The notes beneath the pieces are model-generated. The model saw only the letters and a program-made list of their open reading frames with translations. It was not told the DNA's origin and made no database searches. Positions 29,498 to 37,450 of a stretch of 40,036 nt of DNA are shown one piece after another. Source of the DNA: a virus (lineage: Duplodnaviria > Caudoviricetes); the IMG/VR virus record IMGVR_UViG_3300037408_000869, positions 1 to 40,036 of that record; one strand, written 5' to 3'. The position numbers and the translations under genes were made by a program. Every line of letters starts with the position of its first letter. Within the stretch, counting starts at the first letter, position 1.

Positions 29498-29720
29498 GCT
29501 TCCTGCAGTTCGGTGGGCAGAGGAACTTGCGCAGCAGTGCCATCTCTGTCCGAGTCGGCCACTTCTCGTCGGTGACCTTGAGGAGGAGGACCTCTGTCGG
29601 TCTCACCGCGATGAAGGTCCACGGGCAGAACCAAGTGCGTCGAGCGACTGAGTAGTTGCCCTCGAGGAGCAGCCGGCTTTTCCTTTCGCTTGGCGTTTCT
29701 GGCGGTACGATTGCACGCAT
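29349..29720 (-). CDS. Hypothetical protein, possibly a degenerate Hjc-like nuclease
   Basis: Last gene of the minus operon; FIAVRPTEVLLLKV; overlaps the 3' end of the giant ORF. Confidence 0.4.
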   Translation of the reverse strand: MRAIVPPETPSERKSRLLLEGNYSVARRTWFCPWTFIAVRPTEVLLLKVTDEKWPTRTEMALLRKFLCPPNCRKLIHRWRKGRELPDVLTFDGTDFVPPVPRGCRAGARGVSPGGRRPRASQG

Positions 29721-29751
29721 GGTCTTCCCTTCCTCGGTTCGGCACCGTTAG

Positions 29752-30099
29752 TCAAGACGGTCTTACGACCTCCACTCTGACGGCATACTCCCTCACCGCA
29801 CCCTGCTCCTGCGCGTATCGCCACTCGAGCCGCGGATCACCGTCGTCAACTCCGATGGCATCCGCAATCCCGTCCCGCACCGCCTTGAGGGACCGCGCCA
29901 GGTTGTCACTGTCGAGCCTCCTGGGCGCGATCCTGGTGAGCGTGATGCTGCATGGCATGGGGGGGCAGGACATCGCCAGGGCATCCCGCAGCAGCCAGCA
30001 GGCGCACTCTCGCTGAGACTTGGCTCGACGGTGCCGTTCTGCCCAGTGCTCGCGGAGGTTCGCCTCACTGACGGTCTTGATGGGGAGGTGGAGGTGCAT
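29752..30099 (-). CDS. RusA-like Holliday junction resolvase
   Basis: SEANLREHW...RRLDSDNL..SLKAVRDGIAD..GVDD. Confidence 0.8.
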   Translation of the reverse strand: MHLHLPIKTVSEANLREHWAERHRRAKSQRECACWLLRDALAMSCPPMPCSITLTRIAPRRLDSDNLARSLKAVRDGIADAIGVDDGDPRLEWRYAQEQGAVREYAVRVEVVRPS

Positions 30100-30644
30100 T
30101 ACCGCGCTTCTCCTTCCTCGCCTTGCCCAGCCTCCTTGGGTTCTATCGCCTTCAATTTCGGCATGGCATGGAGCTGTGCTTGCGCCACGTATTGCCGGGG
30201 GCCATGACCAAAATCTCCTGGCTGCGATTTCTGGCAGAACTCCTCGCGTTTGATCCAGCCAAGCAACGACACTTCCGTAACTGACGTAACGATTGCTAGC
30301 ACCGCGATGTCTGCCTTGAAGTGCTCACAGGAGTTGAAATATAGGTAATTGTCATCCCTGTTCACCAACCTCGTCTTTACCTGTATGGAGTGGCCCCGAT
30401 ATAACAGATCGATGCCGTCGTCGCCTTTGATGCTTACTGTGGTATCGAGTGGCACGCCGAGATACTTACTAGCGCAAAATTCGCCCATTATTCCCTGCAA
30501 ATTGAGCGTGAAGTCCGTTCTGGAATCGCAACGCCTGTTGGTCACGTTGAACGCTTGTTTCACGCAGTTCCGTCTTTCAGCGATCAGCACGAGATATTGC
30601 AGTTCAAAGGCCCCGACGCAGAATCGCACCTCACCACCCTCCAT
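30099..30644 (-). CDS. PD-(D/E)XK-like nuclease-fold protein
   Basis: G.MGE...DDGIDL...IQVKT; start could also be GTG 30629. Confidence 0.6.
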   Translation of the reverse strand: MEGGEVRFCVGAFELQYLVLIAERRNCVKQAFNVTNRRCDSRTDFTLNLQGIMGEFCASKYLGVPLDTTVSIKGDDGIDLLYRGHSIQVKTRLVNRDDNYLYFNSCEHFKADIAVLAIVTSVTEVSLLGWIKREEFCQKSQPGDFGHGPRQYVAQAQLHAMPKLKAIEPKEAGQGEEGEAR

Positions 30645-30645
30645 C

Positions 30646-31188
30646 TCAGCTTCCCAAGCGAAATCCACCGGCAGCAACAAGTAGGGCACGAAGTTGCGTC
30701 AAGCGCACTTCTCGCTCTTTCCGTTCCTTAGCTCTGGCATCCTTCTGTTCTTGGGTGAGGCGATAATACATCGACGGTCGCGTCCACCGCTCGTCGCCTT
30801 CCATCCCCCGCCAGTCTTGGATGATCATCGCCAACTTTTCTAGTGCTCGGGTTTGTCGAGCCATTAGGAACATTGGCGAATACATCCGATAAAATTCCAA
30901 GAGGTCTGGCAGTTCGTTAATTAGGATGTCTTGACTGCGATCTGCTGGGGCATACGGGACATCGACAAGAAAACGAGGGCACCCTTCACGTTCGTACAAA
31001 GTGAACGTACCCTGGTCATCCAGCGGATCATCGGGAAAGGAAAAGTCTTCGCGCTTCTGGAACCCGAGCCCCTCCAGTATCAAGGAGTAGTCGCTTATGT
31101 CTGGAATGTGCCACGAAGTAAGAACGAGTCCACCTTTCGCACTGAACATCCAGATTGGAGACTTGACGAAGCTAATCTCATCACTCAT
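30646..31188 (-). CDS. Hypothetical protein (lower GC)
   Basis: Open ORF between repeat copies. Confidence 0.6.
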   Translation of the reverse strand: MSDEISFVKSPIWMFSAKGGLVLTSWHIPDISDYSLILEGLGFQKREDFSFPDDPLDDQGTFTLYEREGCPRFLVDVPYAPADRSQDILINELPDLLEFYRMYSPMFLMARQTRALEKLAMIIQDWRGMEGDERWTRPSMYYRLTQEQKDARAKERKEREVRLTQLRALLVAAGGFRLGS

Positions 31189-31235
31189 GCGACCACCCAC
31201 CATCTCGGCTTCCGCCCGACGCTTCGCAAAGGGCA

Positions 31236-32102
31236 TCACTGAGATGCTAGTTCTTCGTGCCTTTGGTCTTGGTGGAAATCATCCAGGCATGGATCATCTT
31301 TGGGGAGTCCGTTCTTGGGAAACACATTTCTATTGCGGAGTTCTTCGAGGGCACGCATCTTTAGAGGGACCAGTTGCCGCTTCCGATAGTTGTATAGCTT
31401 CTCAAACATGGTCAAGTAGCCCTCGCGTGTCGAGTAGGTCATAATAGCCTCTGGATGGGCACGTAGCCCTTCAAACAGCCGGTCGGGGTCAAATCCAGGA
31501 ACCCGACATACTGCCATACACGCGTCAAGGCACCTTTTCCCCTTCAGCATGGGAGCAGATGCCACTATGCCAGTGTATGTTCTCCCTGTCGCGTGCGCCC
31601 ACTGGCGATCCTTCACCTCGAATTGTCCGGAGATAACAATGTCTTTGACGTTGCTATACGATACCGTGCCGGCAAGCAGGGCGATTGCCCCGCTAATGTG
31701 AATGCCGTAGGTTTTGGAGAACTCCAGTGCCTCTCGGTAACTTTCTCCGAGATCTTCGTTGAGGGAAAACCGGCTCATGTAGTCGCCCACATTCCACGGT
31801 TTCTGCGTTGAGTTGAAAGCGGCAACGTCGTAGTCCCGTTCCGCCACGATATACCAGACCGGAAGACCTAACTCCTTGGCGAAGTGGAAGCGATGCTGAC
31901 CGTCCCGGATGAGCAGCTTACCGTTAGATCGGATGCAGACCACAGGATACATCCAGAGAAAACCGTGCTTTTTCAGCGAGACCCGCAATGCGCGGTGCGC
32001 TCCAGGATTGAGCGGTCGGTTGTCTCCAAGGACAAACAAGGAGTAATCCCTGGTTGCTGTTGACGTGATCTTTGCGTCTTTCTGTCCAGTCGGAGCATTC
32101 AT
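31236..32102 (-). CDS. ParB/Srx N-terminal-domain protein
   Basis: NRPL...SL..HG....PVV......I.DGQHR..AKELGLPV. Confidence 0.8.
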   Translation of the reverse strand: MNAPTGQKDAKITSTATRDYSLFVLGDNRPLNPGAHRALRVSLKKHGFLWMYPVVCIRSNGKLLIRDGQHRFHFAKELGLPVWYIVAERDYDVAAFNSTQKPWNVGDYMSRFSLNEDLGESYREALEFSKTYGIHISGAIALLAGTVSYSNVKDIVISGQFEVKDRQWAHATGRTYTGIVASAPMLKGKRCLDACMAVCRVPGFDPDRLFEGLRAHPEAIMTYSTREGYLTMFEKLYNYRKRQLVPLKMRALEELRNRNVFPKNGLPKDDPCLDDFHQDQRHEELASQ

Positions 32103-32887
32103 CCTATTGTCCTCCATCTCGGCTTCCCCTCGTTCTCGACGAACTCCAGCTCCCCCCAGCACTGCACCTTGAACGGGCAGTACCCGCATGGGAAGACGGG
32201 CAGGAAAGGGCCCCCTGGTATCTGTCCGGTCCCGTCGCAGGCCTTGTGGGGTAGTCCCTTGGCGGGCGTCTTGCCGGTGCCGTTGCAGCCCTTGCAATAC
32301 ACGTCGAGCTCGAAGGGGCGGGGCGGGATCTCGTCGCCGCGGGCCACTGCGACGTTCGACTTGATCTTCTCCCACCGCTCGTCGTCGCGGCACGTCAGCA
32401 CTTCGCACAGATGCGAGGTCTCTTTGCGGTAGCAGATGAACACGCACCGTTCGGTGCCGTAGGCTCTCATGTAGCACTCACCCTGGATGAGGTAGGACTC
32501 GTCCAGTTCGCCTACCTCCGCCCGGTCGAACCCGAAGTTCGACATCGACTTGACCTCGGCAATCAGGTGCTCACCGTTCACCTCGAGGAAGGCATCGGCG
32601 CGGACCCGGAGATTGATCTCTGGGATCTCGACCGTGTCCCGGGCCTCGTTGGTCCTGATGAGCGGCACGCCGGCAGCGATGAGCCACTCGAGGACGGCAT
32701 CCTCCACCCGGTCGCCCAGGTCGAAGACCATGAGGGCCCGGGGCTGGAGGACCTCACCGACTAGCCCGTGGGAGACGTACCAGGACTCCCTGACGCAACG
32801 CCCGATGTTCCAGGCGCCGAGCTTCTTGGGTGCCTGCCGTTCCGCCGCGAGTTTCTCCAGGTGCTCAGTCAGTAGTTCCAGAACCAT
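32099..32887 (-). CDS. Cas4/RecB-like PD-(D/E)XK exonuclease
   Basis: GRC.R, AD...EVKS, Q..CY, C-terminal CGYCPF...C. Confidence 0.85.
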   Translation of the reverse strand: MVLELLTEHLEKLAAERQAPKKLGAWNIGRCVRESWYVSHGLVGEVLQPRALMVFDLGDRVEDAVLEWLIAAGVPLIRTNEARDTVEIPEINLRVRADAFLEVNGEHLIAEVKSMSNFGFDRAEVGELDESYLIQGECYMRAYGTERCVFICYRKETSHLCEVLTCRDDERWEKIKSNVAVARGDEIPPRPFELDVYCKGCNGTGKTPAKGLPHKACDGTGQIPGGPFLPVFPCGYCPFKVQCWGELEFVENEGKPRWRTIG

Positions 32888-33056
32888 CAGGCTTCTTCTT
32901 TCCGTCCACGAACAGGTAGTAATCTGGATCCTTGGAGTCCGGGCGCTTGCGTTCGTTCTGGAAGATCAGGATACGGGCAGTCCGGTTGAGATTGCCCGAT
33001 AGGTACCGCTTCCCTTCCTTGGTCTGGTTGATCCACAGCCCAGATATCTCGTGCAT
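32865..33056 (-). CDS. Small putative ssDNA-binding protein (DUF736-like)
   Basis: GLW....GK.YLSG......IF.N......PDY motif. Confidence 0.65.
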   Translation of the reverse strand: MHEISGLWINQTKEGKRYLSGNLNRTARILIFQNERKRPDSKDPDYYLFVDGKKKPDGSGTTD

Positions 33057-34006
33057 CACACGAACCCCCGTTCGTGCTCGGTATCGTCACCCGGCTCACG
33101 CATCGGAGGAAAGGGTGGGATGTCCTCGGGCAGCAGGGGCGTGGAATCCTTCAGCCGTGTGCAGATCTCGTCGTACTTCTCGACGGGAATCTCATGGCTG
33201 GAGTTGATGCCGTAGGCGACGAAGAGCCACTCCCTAACCTGCGCCTCGGTGTGATGCTTCGCATCACGAAAGATCGCGAAGAGGCGTTTCCGTTGAGCGT
33301 CGGATATCGCCTGTCCGCTTGCTGGCACCGGGGTGAGCTCGGCGTGGGGTTCCTCGACCTCGACTCCTGGCAGGTCCTCGAGGTCCTGCGTGAAGATGTC
33401 AGATGCCGCTGTGGCAGTCAGGATCGCATCGACATGGGCACGCTTCTTCGCCATCTTCAGCACCGTATTGTACGTGTCCGCGATATCCTCGTTCTCGACG
33501 CGAGATTCCGTCTTCCGACAGATGCGCCACTGCCCGTCGATTTTCTTCGCGACGAAGCTCGGACCACCGAGCAGTGCCTGCGCTTTGCCGGGGTCGTGCT
33601 TCCGGACGTCCCAGTAGTTCACCGGGACCGGGGCGCCGGTATCCTCGGGAGCACCGCTGCGGTAGCGGTATTTGGCCTCCATCGTCGAGCAGGACCCGAC
33701 CCCTTCCGCGACGAAGGTATTGGTCGGGATGTGCAACAGGGAGCACTTCACTCGCACTTCCCGGTGATTGCCGCACAGGGTGATCGTGTCGACCTCGAAA
33801 TGGGGTGCCAGACGAAATGTAAGTCCCAGTTTCTCCGCCCCCGGCTTGTACAACGAGGGCTTCTTGCATCCTGGGATAGTGCCGTAGTGCTCGTCTTTGC
33901 GCATCACGGCTTCCATCACCTCTTGGATCTTCCGCACCTGACCGATTACATCGGTCACTGCGAGTTCTCCGCCTTGCTCACGTACAGTCAGCTGACGTTC
34001 GTCCAT
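33056..34006 (-). CDS. Single-strand annealing recombinase (Rad52/Sak-like)
   Basis: HYG.IPGC.KPSL.KPGAEK, NT.LKMA.KRA.VDA...SDIFTQD; next to the exonuclease. Confidence 0.75.
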   Translation of the reverse strand: MDERQLTVREQGGELAVTDVIGQVRKIQEVMEAVMRKDEHYGTIPGCKKPSLYKPGAEKLGLTFRLAPHFEVDTITLCGNHREVRVKCSLLHIPTNTFVAEGVGSCSTMEAKYRYRSGAPEDTGAPVPVNYWDVRKHDPGKAQALLGGPSFVAKKIDGQWRICRKTESRVENEDIADTYNTVLKMAKKRAHVDAILTATAASDIFTQDLEDLPGVEVEEPHAELTPVPASGQAISDAQRKRLFAIFRDAKHHTEAQVREWLFVAYGINSSHEIPVEKYDEICTRLKDSTPLLPEDIPPFPPMREPGDDTEHERGFV

Positions 34007-34015
34007 TGTCGCCTC

Positions 34016-34207
34016 CTACCTGTAGAGGTATTCTTGTTTCGCCTGCTCGAGGACCCTGGTCCAGCAAGTCTCAGTCTCGAAGACCCAGTAGTTCTGCAAC
34101 TTGCCCTCTGCCTTGTCCGAGGCAAATTTGCTGGCCTCTTCCGCGGTCTCGAACCGCCGCATGTCGCGGAGCTCCTCGTCACCGAGTACGATCCAGAAGC
34201 GTTTCAT
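34016..34207 (-). CDS. Hypothetical protein
   Basis: AGGAGG RBS. Confidence 0.65.
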   Translation of the reverse strand: MKRFWIVLGDEELRDMRRFETAEEASKFASDKAEGKLQNYWVFETETCWTRVLEQAKQEYLYR

Positions 34208-34326
34208 CTGTCCTCCTGTTGTTTCTCTCGACTGCTGCTGTTCTTGCGCGGCAGTCGATGAGGTGGTTAGTCCACCACTCCACGGGCACTCGTTTCCCGC
34301 AGGGTCGGCAGATCACTGTTCGCCCA

Positions 34327-34863
34327 TCAAGACAGGGTAGCCAGTCGTTCTCGCAGTTCCTCATTGTACCGTTCCAGCATCTCCACTTTGATTGCGAGGT
34401 CGAGGAGATCGGCACTGATGCTACCGATCTCGCGGCGCATGGCGGCAGCGAGGATCGTTTCCACGGTCCTCGCTACCGCCCGCCCTGCCGGGTCCTTCCC
34501 CATGACCCGGACAGACCCATCTTCGTTGAGCTTCGCAGAAAGACCCGCGACGGCCCGCCCGGTTCCTGGTCTCGAGGGGTTTGGACCAGTTTGCGGTGGT
34601 GGGCAGACCGTCGCAGGCGCATCGGCAGCAGGGACGCGACTGCCGCCGAAGTGCATGGCTGGAGGCTCGATGCCCGCAGAGGCGAGCAGAGCCTCGACGC
34701 TGGAAGCTGCTGTGGGGGGCTCGACGGGGGCCGGATGCTCTTCGTGCTGCCGCTGGTCGTACTCCTCGAGCGCCTCGAGGGCAGCTGCCAGTTCCGTCGC
34801 CAGCCCTGGATCCAGTCGCTTCGTGAGTGCCTCGCGCAATCCGTCTTGGAGCGTATCAAACAT
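34327..34863 (-). CDS. Hypothetical protein, first gene of the leftward early operon
   Basis: ATG 34863 downstream of a TTGACT-containing promoter-like sequence. Confidence 0.65.
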   Translation of the reverse strand: MFDTLQDGLREALTKRLDPGLATELAAALEALEEYDQRQHEEHPAPVEPPTAASSVEALLASAGIEPPAMHFGGSRVPAADAPATVCPPPQTGPNPSRPGTGRAVAGLSAKLNEDGSVRVMGKDPAGRAVARTVETILAAAMRREIGSISADLLDLAIKVEMLERYNEELRERLATLS

Positions 34864-34956
34864 AGTGGGCTATCCTTCTAGGACGATAGTCGGTCCAAAG
34901 TCAAGGCTACTGTCGGCACTCTTGTACCCGGAAGCTTTTGGGCCTAAAAGTCGAGC

Positions 34957-35256
34957 ATGAAAGCGCGAGCGCGAAGGAGAGGGCGAGCAGACGGCACCGA
35001 GAGCAGTGAACGCAAGGAGATCAAAGCGACCGTGACGGTAGAGATGCTCGATAGGATCGATCGGGCAGCAGCCTTGCGGGACAAGAGCCGGATGAACTAC
35101 GTGCGCAGTGCTGTTCTGCGGCAAGTCGATGATGACCTCCGCAACTCTGATGCCCGCAGTGGTCCCACTGTGGAACCAGAGCGGGTGAACAGCCCCGAGG
35201 CTCTGGCGACACAGGTGCTCGAGGTGCTGCTCAAGGTGCTGCGCCGAACGTCTTGA
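34957..35256 (+). CDS. Ribbon-helix-helix regulator
   Basis: EIKATVT.EMLDRIDRAA......RMNYVRSAV. Confidence 0.65.
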   Translation: MKARARRRGRADGTESSERKEIKATVTVEMLDRIDRAAALRDKSRMNYVRSAVLRQVDDDLRNSDARSGPTVEPERVNSPEALATQVLEVLLKVLRRTS

Positions 35257-35289
35257 CGTTGGGCTCAAATCGGTCTATTGCCATGGCCC

Positions 35290-35475
35290 ATGCAAAAACA
35301 AGGGCTAGGGGTTACCACCGGACCGCTGTTGAAGTTCCACGTCTCGAAAGCCGACGGTAAGGCTATCCGACGTGCCGCGGTACTCCAGCGGCTCACAGTG
35401 GCTGCGTATGTGCGTCGTGCAGTCCTCGCTCAGGTCGAGCGGGACGAAGCTGGGGAACGGGATGCCGCAGCCTAG
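35290..35475 (+). CDS. Ribbon-helix-helix regulator (DUF1778/CopG-like)
   Basis: LKFHVS.AD...IRRAA....LTVAAYVRRAV. Confidence 0.65.
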   Translation: MQKQGLGVTTGPLLKFHVSKADGKAIRRAAVLQRLTVAAYVRRAVLAQVERDEAGERDAAA

Positions 35476-35824
35476 AACGTACCTGCGCGACCGGCTTGAG
35501 GCGATTCAAGCCCTCGCCCGGGAAGGGCAGGACAAGGCGGTTCTCGCCCTGTGGTGTGCTGCCTTCGCGGAAGCTCCGGAAGATGATCCAGAGATGCTCA
35601 TCATGGCCCGACAGGCTGAGATGTGCCTCATCTGGGCAGCGATGGTGCTGGCGTTGCGCGAGATGCCGCGGGAGGTGCGCCAGCAGTGGTTGTCGAAGCG
35701 CACGACCCGGTACTGGCTACGCAAGCTGGCGCACGAGGCAGACGACCACTTTGGTGCAAGTGCGGAGATCTGGATGGAGTGGCGGCAGATCTCGCGGGAG
35801 ATGGACGGGGTGGAGCATGGATGA
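35462..35824 (+). CDS. Hypothetical protein
   Basis: Overlaps both neighbours. Confidence 0.55.
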   Translation: MPQPRTYLRDRLEAIQALAREGQDKAVLALWCAAFAEAPEDDPEMLIMARQAEMCLIWAAMVLALREMPREVRQQWLSKRTTRYWLRKLAHEADDHFGASAEIWMEWRQISREMDGVEHG

Positions 35825-36080
35825 GTGGCTCACGCTCAGTGAGGCGTGCGCGATGCTGAAGCTCTCGAAGGCACGCGTGCGCGGGCTCATGCGGGAGGGG
35901 TTTCTGGTCGAGGGGGTGCATTTCACCAGGCCTGCGGGGATGAGGGTGAGGTACAGGAGATCCGCAATCGAGCGGTATCTCGAGCAACCCGAACGTCGGA
36001 GAAAGCCGCGGGGGCGGCTTTCTGAGAAGGTAAACTGGAGGACGCAAGATGAGCTGCAAGATTCTCGAGCACAAAGGTAG
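35817..36080 (+). CDS. xis: Excisionase-like winged HTH (HTH_17)
   Basis: WLTLSEAC.ML.LS...V......G.L.EGVHF.RP.G....Y....IE.YL. Confidence 0.8.
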   Translation: MDEWLTLSEACAMLKLSKARVRGLMREGFLVEGVHFTRPAGMRVRYRRSAIERYLEQPERRRKPRGRLSEKVNWRTQDELQDSRAQR

Positions 36081-37284
36081 GATCGCTTTCGCGGTGTACT
36101 GGGGGAACGATCGGAAGTGGATCGGGACTGACTTGCCGTACACCGACCACAAGGCGCAGGCACAGGCTCGGCGGGTCGCTGCGTCGGTCACTGCGGAGAT
36201 GGTTGAGGGGACCTTCGACGATGACCGCTTCCTGCATTGGTTCCCTGGGGCGCAGTACTCGCATGAGCTCCGCCGGCGCCGGGAGGCTGCACGACCCACG
36301 ATGACCCTCGAGTCATATGCGAGGGACTGGTTGAAGCGCATGACTCCACCCCTGGTGCGTCCGTCACTGGCGCGATCGTATCGCACGCACCTGAACTGCA
36401 TCTGCGATGTGGAGATCGACCTCGATGGCACCAGGATCCGGGCTGGCGCGATCCCGGTGCAGCAGATTTCTGCGAAGCATCTCGTGGCGATCCGCGCCGC
36501 CCTGCTTGCAAGCGGGACGAAGGGCCGGCGTAGCGTCAAGAGCGTCAAGAACATGGTGGGGGCGACTTTGCGCAGGATGCTCAGGGATGCCCTGTCGATC
36601 GACGGGCTCCTCGTAGCGGACCCCTACGTCGCAATCAGGGGCACTTGGCCCCGGGTGGTGACTCCAGCCCCGGATCCGTTCGACCAAACAGAGAGAGACG
36701 CACTGCTCGGGTGGTTTCTGACATCAGCCCCGCAACATCATGCGGCGGTCGCAACTCTGTTCCTGACCGGGATGCGCCCGAGCGAGCTGGCCGGCTTGCG
36801 ATGGGGCGACATCGACCTCGGGAGGTCCCTGGTGACCATCGAGCGGTCGAGGATCAAGACGCAAGTGGAGGCGACGAAGACCCAATCCTCGAGGAGGACC
36901 ATCCCGGTGGTCGCCACGGTGCGTGACCTCATCGCTGGCTTGCAGCCCCTGCGCCCGGACCCGGACGAGTACGTCTTCCGCGGGAAGGGTGGGCGACCGA
37001 TCAATCACGCCAACCTCCAGGCCCGGGACTGGCGAAGAGCTCTGCAGAAGCTCCAGATCCGCCCCAGGAAGCTCTACGCTACCCGGGCGACCTTCATCTC
37101 CCTGACGCTCTCGAACGGGGCGCCGGCTAAGGGAGTGGCAGAGTACTGCGGTACGTCCCTGGCGATGCTCCAGCGCAACTACAGCCGCTACATGGGGGAC
37201 CCTAATTCGATCCTCGGGGCGATCGCGATGCCAGCCCCGGCAACGGAGCGCATAGTTGCGGTTGCCGGTGTTCCAAGTGCCTGA
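36049..37284 (+). CDS. int: Tyrosine integrase
   Basis: N-terminal arm-binding region, TGMRPSE..GL.WGDIDL, TKT, Y.TR.TF, C-terminal catalytic Tyr region (RNYSRY). Confidence 0.93.
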   Translation: MSCKILEHKGRIAFAVYWGNDRKWIGTDLPYTDHKAQAQARRVAASVTAEMVEGTFDDDRFLHWFPGAQYSHELRRRREAARPTMTLESYARDWLKRMTPPLVRPSLARSYRTHLNCICDVEIDLDGTRIRAGAIPVQQISAKHLVAIRAALLASGTKGRRSVKSVKNMVGATLRRMLRDALSIDGLLVADPYVAIRGTWPRVVTPAPDPFDQTERDALLGWFLTSAPQHHAAVATLFLTGMRPSELAGLRWGDIDLGRSLVTIERSRIKTQVEATKTQSSRRTIPVVATVRDLIAGLQPLRPDPDEYVFRGKGGRPINHANLQARDWRRALQKLQIRPRKLYATRATFISLTLSNGAPAKGVAEYCGTSLAMLQRNYSRYMGDPNSILGAIAMPAPATERIVAVAGVPSA

Positions 37285-37301
37285 AGTAGCAGGGCTTTGA
37301 A

Positions 37302-37326
37302 GGGTGAGCGATGGGTCTCGAACCCA
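37302..37326 (-). mobile_element. Putative attP core: 3' fragment of a tRNA-His-like gene
   Basis: - strand TGGG-TTCGAGA-CCCAT-CGCTCAC-CC forms a T-arm, acceptor strand and C73; 17 bp after the int stop. Confidence 0.7.
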
Positions 37327-37450
37327 GCTCGCGACAACGAAAACAGTACGTTAGCATTACTTACGCAAAAACAGGAATGGCGCGTATACGCGCACATATG
37401 CTCGCACACGAGCGCATAAACCGCAACATTGCGGGGTGGTGGAGGCAGAG

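Larger units (their letters stand above)
30638..32127 (-). repeat. Three 17-bp direct repeats GGAAGCYGAGATGGWGG
   Basis: + strand CCWCCATCTCRGCTTCC at 30638-30654, 31197-31213 and 32111-32127. Confidence 0.9.

Noticed and set aside
30100-30125. A fourth copy of the 17-bp cassette repeat before the RusA-like gene
   Set aside because: Only GAAGC matches (GGAGAAGCGCGGTAATG), too weak to count
32099-32887. Cas4-like gene as evidence of a CRISPR-Cas system
   Set aside because: Solo Cas4-like nucleases beside annealases are ordinary phage recombination genes; no cas1 or array present
37290-37380. Complete tRNA gene
   Set aside because: Only the T-arm and 3' acceptor strand are present; no D or anticodon arm
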